From an uncultured bacterium (GTDB lineage Bacteria; Cyanobacteriota; Vampirovibrionia; Gastranaerophilales; Gastranaerophilaceae): 64,000 bases of DNA. The position numbers and the translations under genes are program-made. Every line of letters starts with the position of its first letter. Within the stretch, counting starts at the first letter, position 1. This document shows, in pieces, positions 19,202 to 29,442 of the stretch. The notes beneath the pieces were generated by a model. The model saw nothing but the letters and a program-made list of their open reading frames with translations, made no database searches and was not told the origin of the DNA. The stretch is taken from assembly GCA_902765215.1 (NCBI GenBank), contig CACWZA010000011.1, positions 10,897 to 74,896 of the forward strand, written 5' to 3'.

Positions 19202-20236
19202 CTAGAATTGTTCAAGGAAGCGTTTATCGTTGTTAAAGAACAATCTGATGTCGTCGATTGCATATTTAAGCATAGCAAGTCTTTCAACCCCCATACCGAA
19301 GGCAAAACCTGTATAAACATCAGGGTCAATTCCAACCCCTTTGAGAACATTCACATCTACCATACCGGCACCGAGAACTTCCAGCCAACCTGTACCGCTG
19401 CAGGTGCGACAGCCTTTTCCTTCACACATAATACACTGAACATCAATCTCTACTGACGGCTCAGTAAACGGGAAGAAACTGCTTCTGAATCTTGTAGGTC
19501 TTGCAGAACCAAAGTATGAACGGATAAATTCGTTCAAAACCCCTTTCAAATCACCAAAGGTAACATTCTTGTCAACATACAAACCTTCAATCTGGTGGAA
19601 GAAGTTATTCTTACGGGCATTAAGAGTTTCATTTCTGTAAACTCTACCCGGAGCAATAATTCTGATAGGAGGTTTCATAGACTCCATTGCTCTGATTTGA
19701 GCGTTAGAAGTTTGGCTTCTGAGAACCGTAAACGGTGCAAGTTTTGTATAGAATGTATCCTGTACATCACGCGCAGGGTGATCTTGCGGAACATTCAGCA
19801 TATCGAAGTTAAAATATTCTGTTTCTACTTCAGGAGCATTCGCCGTAGGGATAAGAGAAAACCCTAAGTTTTGGAAGATTTTAACAATCTCGTCCGTTGT
19901 AGAAGTCAAAGGATGAACCTTCCCGCGAGGGATATATTTCCCCGGAAGGGTGATATCTATTTTATCCTTTTGAAGTTTTGCATCTAATTCTTTTCTGTAA
20001 AACTGTTTATATTTATCGGCTATCGCTGACTCAAGTTTCTGGGTTATTTCGTTAGCCAAAGAACCAACAATCTTCTTTTCCTCAATAGATAAATCTTTCA
20101 ACCCTTTTTTAATAGTGTTTAATTCGCCCTGACGGGTTAAATACTTCAGTTTGATATCGTCTAAATCCGCACTTGATTGTGCTTTTTCAATATCGCTGTT
20201 TGCCAATTCATATATATTTTTTAACTTCTCTTGCAT
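19202..20236 (-). CDS. pheS: Phenylalanine--tRNA ligase alpha subunit
   Basis: Class II aaRS motifs are present (HPARD.QDTFY, FRSSFFPFTEPS, GFAFGMGVERLAM). I moved the start to the internal MQEKLKN because the longer track ORF overlaps the upstream gene. Confidence 0.93.
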   Translation of the reverse strand: MQEKLKNIYELANSDIEKAQSSADLDDIKLKYLTRQGELNTIKKGLKDLSIEEKKIVGSLANEITQKLESAIADKYKQFYRKELDAKLQKDKIDITLPGKYIPRGKVHPLTSTTDEIVKIFQNLGFSLIPTANAPEVETEYFNFDMLNVPQDHPARDVQDTFYTKLAPFTVLRSQTSNAQIRAMESMKPPIRIIAPGRVYRNETLNARKNNFFHQIEGLYVDKNVTFGDLKGVLNEFIRSYFGSARPTRFRSSFFPFTEPSVEIDVQCIMCEGKGCRTCSGTGWLEVLGAGMVDVNVLKGVGIDPDVYTGFAFGMGVERLAMLKYAIDDIRLFFNNDKRFLEQF

Positions 20237-20246
20237 TTTCCTGTCC

Positions 20247-20861
20247 TTACTGTACAAAACTATTATACTTCTTCTCATATTCTACCGAGGTATCAGCTCC
20301 GTGTCCCGTGTAGATTATCACATTATCATCAAGTGTAAAAATTCTTTCCTTAATACTGTTGACGAGTGTCTGATGATTACCGCCCGGCAAATCTGTTCTG
20401 CCGATACTGTTCATAAATATTGTATCACCCGCAAAAAGCCAATGCTCATATTTATATCCAACCCCGCCGGGAGTATGCCCCGGAAGATGAATAACATCCA
20501 ATTCAGCATTTCCGACTTTTACCTTATCACCATCTTTTAAGTATACATCAACCGTCGGGATTTCAATAGGGTCCATACCGACAGCCGTCAAAAAATTATT
20601 TGTGCCATCAAGAATTTCTTTTTCATCCTGATGCATATAAACCTTTATCGAATACTTATCCTGAAGTGCTTTTAACCCCATAATATGGTCAAAGTGTGCG
20701 TGGGTCAGGAAAACATATTTTAATTCTGCATTGTTTTCTTTCAAAACAGCATCGAGTTCAGGGATAGTGCCTGTCACATCGATAAGTGCAGCCTCACCGT
20801 TATCGACAAGAAGATAATTATTATTTCCCATTTCACCAACAGTAAACTTCTTAAATATCAT
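20247..20861 (-). CDS. MBL-fold metallo-hydrolase (glyoxalase II-like)
   Basis: 204 aa. THAHFDH motif, plus later HLPGHTPG and TGH motifs. Confidence 0.85.
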   Translation of the reverse strand: MIFKKFTVGEMGNNNYLLVDNGEAALIDVTGTIPELDAVLKENNAELKYVFLTHAHFDHIMGLKALQDKYSIKVYMHQDEKEILDGTNNFLTAVGMDPIEIPTVDVYLKDGDKVKVGNAELDVIHLPGHTPGGVGYKYEHWLFAGDTIFMNSIGRTDLPGGNHQTLVNSIKERIFTLDDNVIIYTGHGADTSVEYEKKYNSFVQ

Positions 20862-20864
20862 TGA

Positions 20865-21680
20865 TTATCCCTTTCTTACTATCTCAAAAATCTCTTTGCA
20901 AACAGAGAAAACTTTTTCCGCATCTTTTAAGTATAACATATTCGGGCCGTCGCAGAGTGCTTTATCAGGATCAGGATGAATTTCAAAGAACAATACATCT
21001 GCGCCTGAAGCCATAGCCGCTCTTGCAAGCAGCGGAACAAATCTTCTGTCACCACCCGTACTGTCACCGTTAGAACCCGGCATCTGAACGCTGTGTGTAG
21101 CATCAAACACAACAGGATATCCAAATTCTTTCATTATCGGTATTGAACGGAAATCTGATACAAGGTTGTTATACCCGAAGGTGGTTCCTCTGTCTGTCAG
21201 CATAATTCTGTTATTTCCGCTGTCCTCAACTTTTTTGACAAGCGATTTCATCTGTTGAGGTGCTAAAAACTGACCTTTTTTAATGTTAACTATTTTACCC
21301 GTTTTTGCGGCAGCAACAAGTAAATCTGTCTGTCTGCACAAAAATGCAGGTATTTGCAAAATATCAGCTACTTTACTTACAGGCTCTGCCTGATCGGGAG
21401 TATGGATATCTGTCACTATAGGCAAATCATATTTAGACTTGATTTCAGCAAGCATCTCCAGACCTTTTTCCATTCCCGGGCCTCTGAATGAGGTTATTGA
21501 AGAACGGTTTGCCTTATCAAAAGATGATTTGAAAACATAGTTTATATCGAGTTTTTGACAAACTTCTTTAAGTGCAGCAGCCGTTTCATCAAGTACAGAC
21601 TGCGATTCTATCGCACAAGGCCCTGCTAATATTGTTAATTTATTCTCTCCGATTGTAAAATTATTTAATTTTATAGCCAT
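20865..21680 (-). CDS. kdsA: 3-deoxy-8-phosphooctulonate (KDO8P) synthase
   Basis: 271 aa. GPCAIES, KSSFDKANRSS, FLCRQTDL and FDATHSVQ.PG motifs are present. Confidence 0.93.
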   Translation of the reverse strand: MAIKLNNFTIGENKLTILAGPCAIESQSVLDETAAALKEVCQKLDINYVFKSSFDKANRSSITSFRGPGMEKGLEMLAEIKSKYDLPIVTDIHTPDQAEPVSKVADILQIPAFLCRQTDLLVAAAKTGKIVNIKKGQFLAPQQMKSLVKKVEDSGNNRIMLTDRGTTFGYNNLVSDFRSIPIMKEFGYPVVFDATHSVQMPGSNGDSTGGDRRFVPLLARAAMASGADVLFFEIHPDPDKALCDGPNMLYLKDAEKVFSVCKEIFEIVRKG

Positions 21681-21781
21681 ATCTTTATTTTAGCGAAAAC
21701 ATGGATAATTGACAAATTATTGTTTAGGGGGTGGGTAAATGTATAATTTACATCTCACCCTATTTATGGTTTAATAGAACT

Positions 21782-22990
21782 ATGAGAGAATTTGAATTAA
21801 AAAACGGCATCAAATCCGTATACAAAAAGAACACTGAAACACCAAGAATGGCATTAACAATCAACTTTTCCATCAACAACGAGGAAAAGTTAGCAGGTAC
21901 ATATTCTCTTATGACCAGATTGCTTTTGCAGGGTACAAAAACCTACAACAACGAAGAACTGGCAAAAATTCTTGACGAAAACGGGATTGAACTTATTGCC
22001 GATATGAAACAAGATTACCTGCGTTTCAGACTGCTTTGCCTCAACGAAGATTTCCCAAAAGCATTAGAACTTTTGGAAGATATTATTAAAAATTCGACCT
22101 TTGTTGAGTTTGATAAAGAACGAACAAAAATGAACGGTGAACTTGTTGCAGAACTGGATTCTGCAAGACTTAAAGTATCAGATGCATTTGTTAAAACGAT
22201 TTATGAAGGCCACTACTATGGTCATACATATACAAACATTTTAAATTCACTTGATAAAATATCAAAAGATGATGTTATAAACTCTTACAAAAATATCCTT
22301 TCAAACGGCAAAAAAGTTATTGCTGTTGTGGGAAGTATTGAAGAAAATGATGTCGTAAACTCACTTGAAAAGCACTTTGGAGATTTACCAAACAATGAAA
22401 AAGGTGAAAGAGATTATACTGCACCGATATTAAATACTCCAAAGAGAACAGAAGTTATAAAAGAAGATGCACAGCAGGCACAAATTCTAAAAGGCTGGAT
22501 TATCCCTACCTACAAAGAAGAAGACTATCCTGTGATGCTTGTTATCAATACAATTCTTGGCGCAAGCGGACTTTCTTCAAGATTATTCCGTGAATTAAGA
22601 GAGAAAAAAGGGCTGGCATATACAGTGAGAACATCTTGCGAAGTCAAAGCTTTAGCTGCAATCTTCAGCATCTATATTGCAACAGAACCTTCCAATATTG
22701 AAACATGCCTGAACGGTTTCACGGAAGAAGTTGACAAACTGAAAAAGGAACTTGTATCGGAAGAAGAATTGCAAAATGCTAAAAATAATATAGACGGCAA
22801 ACATCAATTTATAGTCGAAACGAACTTCCAACAATCTTCATCAATGGCATATTACGGAATAAACGATTTACCGTTCGGCTATTATGATACAATGCACAAA
22901 AAGATTTCTGCCGTTACCCCTCAACAGGTTATGGATTGTGCAAAAAAATACTTTAATGACAATTCCGTAATCGCTATTTTACACCCGTAA
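21782..22990 (+). CDS. M16 (pitrilysin/insulinase) family homologue lacking the HxxEH zinc motif
   Basis: Start moved to ATG 21782 (MREFELKNG). The M16 architecture is recognisable (GxxSRLFRELREKKGLAY). GTYSLMTRLLLQGT sits where HxxEH is expected. Confidence 0.8.
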   Translation: MREFELKNGIKSVYKKNTETPRMALTINFSINNEEKLAGTYSLMTRLLLQGTKTYNNEELAKILDENGIELIADMKQDYLRFRLLCLNEDFPKALELLEDIIKNSTFVEFDKERTKMNGELVAELDSARLKVSDAFVKTIYEGHYYGHTYTNILNSLDKISKDDVINSYKNILSNGKKVIAVVGSIEENDVVNSLEKHFGDLPNNEKGERDYTAPILNTPKRTEVIKEDAQQAQILKGWIIPTYKEEDYPVMLVINTILGASGLSSRLFRELREKKGLAYTVRTSCEVKALAAIFSIYIATEPSNIETCLNGFTEEVDKLKKELVSEEELQNAKNNIDGKHQFIVETNFQQSSSMAYYGINDLPFGYYDTMHKKISAVTPQQVMDCAKKYFNDNSVIAILHP

Positions 22991-23116
22991 AATTAGTTTT
23001 TAACAAACCTGTATTATTACTACGAAAATAATATTACCGTAATGATTATCTTATTAACGATTAAAAAATTATCATAAGGGGGAAATAATACTTATGATAA
23101 TACGGAGGATAATCTT

Positions 23117-23689
23117 ATGAAAACAAAAATACACAAATCACCCGCCAAAATAGAGAGCTCAAAGAAGCTTTCCGATTTTTTGGAAAAAACAAATTTACAC
23201 AAAAAAGATTTTGCTCAAATGATTGGGGTAACACTGTCTTATGTCTACAACCTTATTGATAACACAATCCCGTTTTCAACGAGAGGAACAACACTTGAGC
23301 GAATTGCAACGGTAATGGAGGTCGAACCCGAAATATTTGAGGAATACAAACTTCCACAGGAGCCGATACTTATTGACGATTCAATATCAAAAATAAAACA
23401 TATACTTAAATCAAAAAATACTAGCATAGTAGATTTTTTAAAATCATTCCCGCGAACAAAACGGCTTGATATAGTAGATATGCTGAGGGGCGCAATTCCG
23501 GTACCGATAGATTACACAGAACTTCAATCCATCGGGGAAATTGTCGGAATGTCAAAAGAAGAAATCTTTGATATTTGGGAAGAACGATTTAAACAGGTTA
23601 TGGAAAGCAGCGGAATGAATATTTATTCAAACAACGATCTCATAAACAATATGTTAGAATGTGCAAAAAAATATACAAAATCAAAATAA
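23117..23689 (+). CDS. XRE-family HTH protein with a C-terminal domain of unknown function
   Basis: 190 aa. LHKKDFAQMIGVTLSYVYNLIDN is an HTH_3-like motif. Confidence 0.7.
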   Translation: MKTKIHKSPAKIESSKKLSDFLEKTNLHKKDFAQMIGVTLSYVYNLIDNTIPFSTRGTTLERIATVMEVEPEIFEEYKLPQEPILIDDSISKIKHILKSKNTSIVDFLKSFPRTKRLDIVDMLRGAIPVPIDYTELQSIGEIVGMSKEEIFDIWEERFKQVMESSGMNIYSNNDLINNMLECAKKYTKSK

Positions 23690-23694
23690 TGGAT

Positions 23695-23720
23695 AAAGGG
23701 GGTTTACACACCCCCTTTTA
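23695..23720 (+). terminator. Rho-independent terminator
   Basis: aaaggggg-tttacac-accccctttt. Confidence 0.6.
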
Positions 23721-23762
23721 ATTTTGTATAATGTTTAAAATCAGACAAGGACGGAGTTATTT

Positions 23763-24257
23763 ATGGATAAAAATGTATTAAGACAGTTATCATACGGTGT
23801 ATACGCAGTATCAACCTTAGACGGTGAAAGAGCCGTTGGCTGTATTGCAAACAGCATTATTCAGGTCACTTATGACACTGTTGCGGTGAGCATGAACCAC
23901 ACAAACTTTACACACGAATGTATGGAAAAAACCAAAAAATTTGCAATATCAATTCTTGCAGAAGATACCGAGATGAACACAATTGCCTTTTTAGGTTTCC
24001 AATCCGGCAGAGAGAAAAACAAATTTGAACATATAGAAACAATAACCGTTGACGGACTGAGCATTGTCAAAAACGCAGTCGGTTATCTTATTTGCGAACT
24101 TGTTGACAAAATGGATACGGAAACTCATTCTGTCTTTCTTGGCAAAATCACTGACGGCGCTGTCTTGAGCGATTCTAAAAAGCCGATGACTTATGCATAT
24201 TATCACGAGGTTAAGAAAGGTAACAGTCCGAAAGCTGCTCCTACTTACTTAGGTTAG
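23763..24257 (+). CDS. Flavin reductase-like FMN-binding domain protein
   Basis: 164 aa. LSYGVYAVST..GE...C.ANS..QV is the typical start of a Flavin_Reduct domain. Confidence 0.8.
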   Translation: MDKNVLRQLSYGVYAVSTLDGERAVGCIANSIIQVTYDTVAVSMNHTNFTHECMEKTKKFAISILAEDTEMNTIAFLGFQSGREKNKFEHIETITVDGLSIVKNAVGYLICELVDKMDTETHSVFLGKITDGAVLSDSKKPMTYAYYHEVKKGNSPKAAPTYLG

Positions 24258-24444
24258 TAGTAAGCTCAAAAATTAATATTAAATTTTTCAAAATAAGGAA
24301 TTAGAATATACCTAAATTTCAGAGAATTGAATTGTATTTTTTACACTTTAAAATCGCTGTATCACTATTTATATTTGGGTTTTAGGCTTGCATACCATTT
24401 ATTTATATCTTATAATTAGGGTGGTCATAAATGAGGTGTTTGTT

Positions 24445-24678
24445 ATGAAAGTAGTACTTCCCATTACAGGGTTATGTCACACTTCAAAGGATATTATGCC
24501 GGCAAGCTGCATATCCAAACCGCAAATATCCTGCACATCAGTACCAAAAGTAAAAGTGAATGAAGGTTTATCAAACCAAGAGATTTATGAAGGTATAGTT
24601 AGTATTAAGGAAAGAATTTCATCACTTTTCAGCGGTAGTAACAAGAAGCCTGCTCACCCTGTGAATTATTTAATTTAA
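24445..24678 (+). CDS. Hypothetical protein (77 aa)
   Basis: Start moved to the ATG preceded by SD gaggtg. No recognisable domain. Confidence 0.4.
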   Translation: MKVVLPITGLCHTSKDIMPASCISKPQISCTSVPKVKVNEGLSNQEIYEGIVSIKERISSLFSGSNKKPAHPVNYLI

Positions 24679-24836
24679 GTTAACAAAGATTTGGCGGATA
24701 CGCCATCGGGCACTCGTGTGCCTCTTTATTGAATAGCATGGGCAATCCGCCGCCAAAATTTTAGTCGAGATATAAATAGTTTTATCTAACTTCCTCCCCG
24801 TTTTTTTGCGTGCGAAAAAGTCAGAAAAATATCTCG

Positions 24837-25904
24837 TTAGCACATCGCAGATGTTTTGAACGCATCTGCAATAGACTTGTTGTAATCAGGTCTTAGAATT
24901 CCGACTTCTGTTATGATACCTGAAATAAGTTCATGCGGAGTTACATCAAATCCCGGGTTAATGACATTAACTCCTTCTGCACAAACGAGTTTGCCGTTTA
25001 TTGTTGTAACTTCATCGTGAGAGCGTTCTTCGATAGGGATTTCATCGCCTGACTTGATTGAGGTATCAATAGTTGAAAGCGGTGCTGCAATATAGAACGG
25101 AATATTGTGATATTTAGCGGCAATTGCAACCGTATAAGTACCGATTTTGTTTGCCGTATCACCATTTGCAGCAATTCTGTCTGCGCCTACTACAACCATA
25201 TCTATCATACCTTTTTTCATAAAGTATGAACACATACCGTCAGTAATCATGGTAACAGGGATACCGTCCATTTTAAGTTCAAAAGTAGTTATTCTTGAAC
25301 CCTGCTGGCGAGGTCTTGTTTCGTCAGAGAATACCTGAATAGTATTGTCTTTTGCATAAGCAGAACGAACAACCCCGAGTGCCGTACCGTAACCGACTGT
25401 GGCTAAGGCACCTGCGTTACAGTGAGTAAGAATTGTTGCCCCTTTTGGAACGACTTCTGCTCCGTTATCACCTATTCTTTTATTGATTGATATATCGTCA
25501 TTCTCCATTTTGATACCGTTTTGTTTTAATTCTTCAATTATTCCGGATATATCTGACTGAGAATTTTTTATAAGTTCTATCTGTTTATTTACCCCCCACA
25601 TAAGGTTAACAGCGGTAGGTCTTGATGTTTTTAAATATTCTGATTTTTCGATTAATTTTGAGATAAACTCATCTCTCGAAAGATTTTGTTTTGCAAGCTC
25701 CTGAGCATATAAAACAACACCGTGAGCAGCAGAAACACCGATAGCAGGTGCGCCTCTCACTATCATTGTTTTGATTGCATCATACATTTCGTCACCCGTT
25801 TTAATGTCAACGGTCACATATTCATAAGGAACTTTGGTCTGGTCAACCATTCTTGATACATTCCCCACCCATTCAATAGTTCTTATTTTTGATTCAAAAG
25901 CCAT
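24837..25904 (-). CDS. mtnA: S-methyl-5-thioribose-1-phosphate isomerase
   Basis: 355 aa. eIF-2B-related family motifs are present: RGAPAIGVSAAHG, SRPTAVNL, THCNAGALATVGYGTALGV, ETRPRQQG, VGADRIAANGDTANKIGTY. Confidence 0.92.
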   Translation of the reverse strand: MAFESKIRTIEWVGNVSRMVDQTKVPYEYVTVDIKTGDEMYDAIKTMIVRGAPAIGVSAAHGVVLYAQELAKQNLSRDEFISKLIEKSEYLKTSRPTAVNLMWGVNKQIELIKNSQSDISGIIEELKQNGIKMENDDISINKRIGDNGAEVVPKGATILTHCNAGALATVGYGTALGVVRSAYAKDNTIQVFSDETRPRQQGSRITTFELKMDGIPVTMITDGMCSYFMKKGMIDMVVVGADRIAANGDTANKIGTYTVAIAAKYHNIPFYIAAPLSTIDTSIKSGDEIPIEERSHDEVTTINGKLVCAEGVNVINPGFDVTPHELISGIITEVGILRPDYNKSIADAFKTSAMC

Positions 25905-25923
25905 TTATATTTCCCCTTATAAA

Positions 25924-26412
25924 TTATCTTAATGTAAATTTTTCGTTATCCTCTTTTTGCATATTAGCAAGTACTTCGTAAATATATACCGTAACACCGC
26001 CCCCGAAACAATTCATCAAACCGCATAATAATGACGCAAGGAACAGTAAAAACAGAAGTGTGAACAAATAGAGCGGGCTTGTAAACCCGTACTTAACTAA
26101 TGTCGCAACAGGATTTATATAATTGTTATTCAACAGTGAAATTATTAAAGCAATAGGCACATAAGAGCAATAAAGCCCTATCATGGAAGTGATGCCTGTT
26201 ATTGCACCAAAGATAGCACCTTCTTTAATAGATATTTCACCTAAGATGTTATTCTTTTTCAGGTAGATTATTAAACTTGCAGAAAATAACATAAAATATA
26301 AGACAAATACCAGACTGCCGACAACAGGGATAATAGAAACCAAGCCTACTACCATACCTATCATCACGCTGAGTAAACTAACCTGTTTTAATAATGTTAT
26401 ATTCATTTTCAT
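25924..26412 (-). CDS. Polytopic membrane protein, unknown function
   Basis: 162 aa with about 4 hydrophobic spans. Confidence 0.7.
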   Translation of the reverse strand: MKMNITLLKQVSLLSVMIGMVVGLVSIIPVVGSLVFVLYFMLFSASLIIYLKKNNILGEISIKEGAIFGAITGITSMIGLYCSYVPIALIISLLNNNYINPVATLVKYGFTSPLYLFTLLFLLFLASLLCGLMNCFGGGVTVYIYEVLANMQKEDNEKFTLR

Positions 26413-26541
26413 AATCTAACCCTCATTATTCTCACCCCTTAAATATATCACAAAATCGTAAACATTAAAAAATTCTTAACAGGGGATAACAAAATTTCAA
26501 AATGATGTATAATATGGTTGTAGTTAAATAAGGAGATTAGT

Positions 26542-27255
26542 ATGTCAAACCCAATATTAAATGACAGATTTATGGAAACTGAAGGGGTTGTTGGCGGTCA
26601 GATAATGACTGTTAACGGGACTTTAGACAAGACATTTTTACTATTTTTATGTGCATTGTTACCTGCGGCATACACCTGGCAGCTTGCAGGCACCGATCAG
26701 GGGAACATGCTCACAATGGTTGGGGCAATAGCAGGTTTTGTTATTGCAATGATAGTTGCGTTCACCAGAAACAAATACCTGACTCCTGTATATGCAGTCT
26801 GTGAAGGTTTGTTTTTAGGCGGTATATCTGCAATGTTTAACGCAGCATATCCGGGGATAGTGATTCAGGCAGTACTCGGAACATTTGCTGCAATGTTCAC
26901 AATGCTCGGTCTGTACAGAATCGGAGCAATCAAATGCACAGATAAATTCAGAAGTGTTATTTTCACGGCAACAATATCAATTGCTGTATTATACCTTATC
27001 CAATGGATAGGCTCATTCTTCCACTACAGTATTCCTGCAATCTTTGGTGCAGGCACTATCGGAATAGGGTTCAGCGTTCTTGTTGTTGCAATTGCGGCAC
27101 TCAATCTTATCTTAGACTTCGATTTCATTGAAAAAGGTTCACAGGCAATGCTTCCTAAAGATTACGAATGGTACGGTGCTTTCGGTCTTATGGTAACACT
27201 TGTTTGGTTGTATATCGAAATCCTGAGATTGCTCGCAAAATTGCGTGACAGATAA
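26542..27255 (+). CDS. Bax inhibitor-1/YccA family membrane protein
   Basis: 237 aa with about 7 TM spans. The MSNPILN N-terminus and the length/topology are typical of BI-1/YccA. No profile search was run. Confidence 0.65.
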   Translation: MSNPILNDRFMETEGVVGGQIMTVNGTLDKTFLLFLCALLPAAYTWQLAGTDQGNMLTMVGAIAGFVIAMIVAFTRNKYLTPVYAVCEGLFLGGISAMFNAAYPGIVIQAVLGTFAAMFTMLGLYRIGAIKCTDKFRSVIFTATISIAVLYLIQWIGSFFHYSIPAIFGAGTIGIGFSVLVVAIAALNLILDFDFIEKGSQAMLPKDYEWYGAFGLMVTLVWLYIEILRLLAKLRDR

Positions 27256-27274
27256 GGTTTAATTAAATCTAAAC

Positions 27275-27310
27275 AAAAAAAACGGATAATCTGAGATTAT
27301 CCGTTTTTTT
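27275..27310. terminator. Bidirectional rho-independent terminator
   Basis: aaaaaaaacggataatc-tga-gattatccgttttttt, between convergent genes. Confidence 0.65.
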
Positions 27311-27313
27311 ATT

Positions 27314-27820
27314 TTATTTTCTTACATTGTTTTTAATTATATCCGATACCCACGGTACATAACTGTACATCCCTCTCAGGGAAGTCAGAACAAGATATAT
27401 AATCACCAGCCATAAGAAGAGCTGGATAACCGACAACTGCCATATAAACACATGAATAACAGGCATTTGGAACGGTGTTAAGATAAACGGAATAATATTT
27501 TTCACAAAAGGAATACAATACAATATTCTTGTAATCATTTCAACAAAAATACCCAACAGTATCCACAACATTACAAGGAAAAAGCTTTGGAAGATGTGAT
27601 ACTGCATAAACGGTGATATTCTGCCGCCTTTTATTGCGTTCACAATAAGACAAATAAAACCGAATAATCCAAACCAAATGTAATTAAGTGCAACTATTAA
27701 TCTGTCCAGTAAAGACGGTTCTGAGCCTTTCCAGTTATAGACAGGCAACACCGCAACTAAACAGCACAGCATAATAGTCAGGGAATGTTGTTGTAAAAAA
27801 TATACCAAATTTAAAATCAT
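27314..27820 (-). CDS. Polytopic membrane protein, unknown function
   Basis: 168 aa with about 4 TM spans. Confidence 0.7.
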   Translation of the reverse strand: MILNLVYFLQQHSLTIMLCCLVAVLPVYNWKGSEPSLLDRLIVALNYIWFGLFGFICLIVNAIKGGRISPFMQYHIFQSFFLVMLWILLGIFVEMITRILYCIPFVKNIIPFILTPFQMPVIHVFIWQLSVIQLFLWLVIIYLVLTSLRGMYSYVPWVSDIIKNNVRK

Positions 27821-27846
27821 ACTGACCTCTTATAAAATTGCAGAAT

Positions 27847-28929
27847 TTAGAAATCTGCAACTATTTCGTCCTTTCTGCTCTGCTCGATAAAGTCCTCAAC
27901 AACCTGAATATAAACGAGTTTGAACTCATCATTTTCAGGACTGAGACCAACAGCTGCTTTATACGAATATATAGAACGCTCGATTTCGTTGTTCATATAA
28001 TATGTATTTGCAATCAAGATATACAAATCAGGGTCGAGTTGAGTAATCTTGAGTGCGTTTGTATAAGCTTCTTCTGCTTCCTTGAACTTTCTCTGGTTAG
28101 AGTACATATTCCCGAGAAGAATATGTGCCTTTGCCTGATCAGGTTCAAGCTCAATTGCTTTTTTATAAAGTTCAATTGCTTCGTCATAGTGTCCGAAATC
28201 TGATTTAGAAATCGCATAACAGATATATGCTCTGTATTGACTGTCACCTTGAAGCTTCAGCGCGCGTTCAAAATACTGGTTAGCACGGGCTTCGTCTTTT
28301 TTAAGCGAAAGCGTGTTAGCCAGACAGAGTGCAACTGTTTGGTTATCAGGTTCTAAACTGAAAACTTGTGAATAATATTTGAAGGCACCGTCGTAATCAA
28401 ACAACTTGAAACAAACATTACCCAAATCTACTAATGCAGTGAGGTTTTGAGGATCTAAAGACAAAGCCTTTTCGTAATATGCTTTTGCTTCAACATAGTC
28501 CTCAAAATCGTGATATAACAATGCAATTGAATTATAAACTTCCGGTTCGTTGGATATAAAGTCTAATGTTCTGTTATACCAACGCAAAGATTTTGCAAAG
28601 TTCTTCATTTCAGCATAAGTATTAGCAAGGTTATAATAAACGAGGTAATCACTCGGGTTTACTACCATTGCTTTTTCAAAATACTTAAGTGCTTTTCTGT
28701 ATTCTTTTTCAAAGAAATAAATACTACCGACATTCAAAAGTGCCTGTTCATCGTTAGGATCGATAGACAAAAGTGATTCGTAAACGGAAATAACCTTGTC
28801 ATAATCTTCCTGCATTGCGTAGTATTTTGCAAGTTCGTGGTAATTTTCCGTATTTTTCGGATCTCTTGCCATTGCAAGTACCACTTTTTGTATTGACTGT
28901 CTTAACTCTAATTCTTCCTGATTTTCCAT
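27847..28929 (-). CDS. Tetratricopeptide (TPR) repeat protein
   Basis: 360 aa. Serial 34-aa units with (Y/F)..A...(Y/F)..AL..(D/N)P. Confidence 0.85.
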   Translation of the reverse strand: MENQEELELRQSIQKVVLAMARDPKNTENYHELAKYYAMQEDYDKVISVYESLLSIDPNDEQALLNVGSIYFFEKEYRKALKYFEKAMVVNPSDYLVYYNLANTYAEMKNFAKSLRWYNRTLDFISNEPEVYNSIALLYHDFEDYVEAKAYYEKALSLDPQNLTALVDLGNVCFKLFDYDGAFKYYSQVFSLEPDNQTVALCLANTLSLKKDEARANQYFERALKLQGDSQYRAYICYAISKSDFGHYDEAIELYKKAIELEPDQAKAHILLGNMYSNQRKFKEAEEAYTNALKITQLDPDLYILIANTYYMNNEIERSIYSYKAAVGLSPENDEFKLVYIQVVEDFIEQSRKDEIVADF

Positions 28930-29034
28930 AATTATTTTATAAATCCTTTATGCTGCTTAATTGCCAAAAGCAATACGGTAACAATTTTATCTTATTTTTT
29001 AGTTTTCGTAAAGGGTTAAATAAAAATTACCCTT

Positions 29035-29433
29035 CTATTTATATTCTGAATATTCTTCAGATTCTTTCAACCACTCTTTAGAGGATATACTGAAAGCATG
29101 GTTCCAGAATTTTTCTATTGCATAGGTTTCTCTTTCTTCCTTATGCAGAATATGGACTACAACATCACTGTAATCGAGCAGGTTCCAGCGGTTACGCTGA
29201 TCGTTTTCAATTCTGACCGGCTGACGGGTGAAAAATTCTTTTAATTTCAACTTTACAGCCTCTGTCAGCGCTTTAACCTGAGTGCTTGCTTCCGCAGAAC
29301 AGATTACAAAATAATCTGCAAAGGAAGAAACATTACTGATATTCAAAATTGTGATATCTTTCCCCAGTTTTTCGTCTAAAACTCTCGCGATTACACAAGC
29401 CAATTTGTATGATGTTACTTCTTTTTCTGTCAT
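29035..29433 (-). CDS. rsfS: Ribosome silencing factor RsfS (iojap family)
   Basis: 132 aa. DYFVICSA.S..QV.AL and W.LLDYSDVVVHIL..E.RE.Y.IEKFW motifs. Confidence 0.9.
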   Translation of the reverse strand: MTEKEVTSYKLACVIARVLDEKLGKDITILNISNVSSFADYFVICSAEASTQVKALTEAVKLKLKEFFTRQPVRIENDQRNRWNLLDYSDVVVHILHKEERETYAIEKFWNHAFSISSKEWLKESEEYSEYK

Positions 29434-29442
29434 ATATTCCCT

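Noticed and set aside
24690-24836. A long-range stem (tttggcgg...ccgccgccaaa) and GC-rich patch between convergent genes, considered as a riboswitch or sRNA.
   Set aside because: It lies downstream of both flanking genes and contains an ordinary terminator hairpin (ggcac-tcgt-gtgcc plus a T-run). I recognise no conserved riboswitch core.
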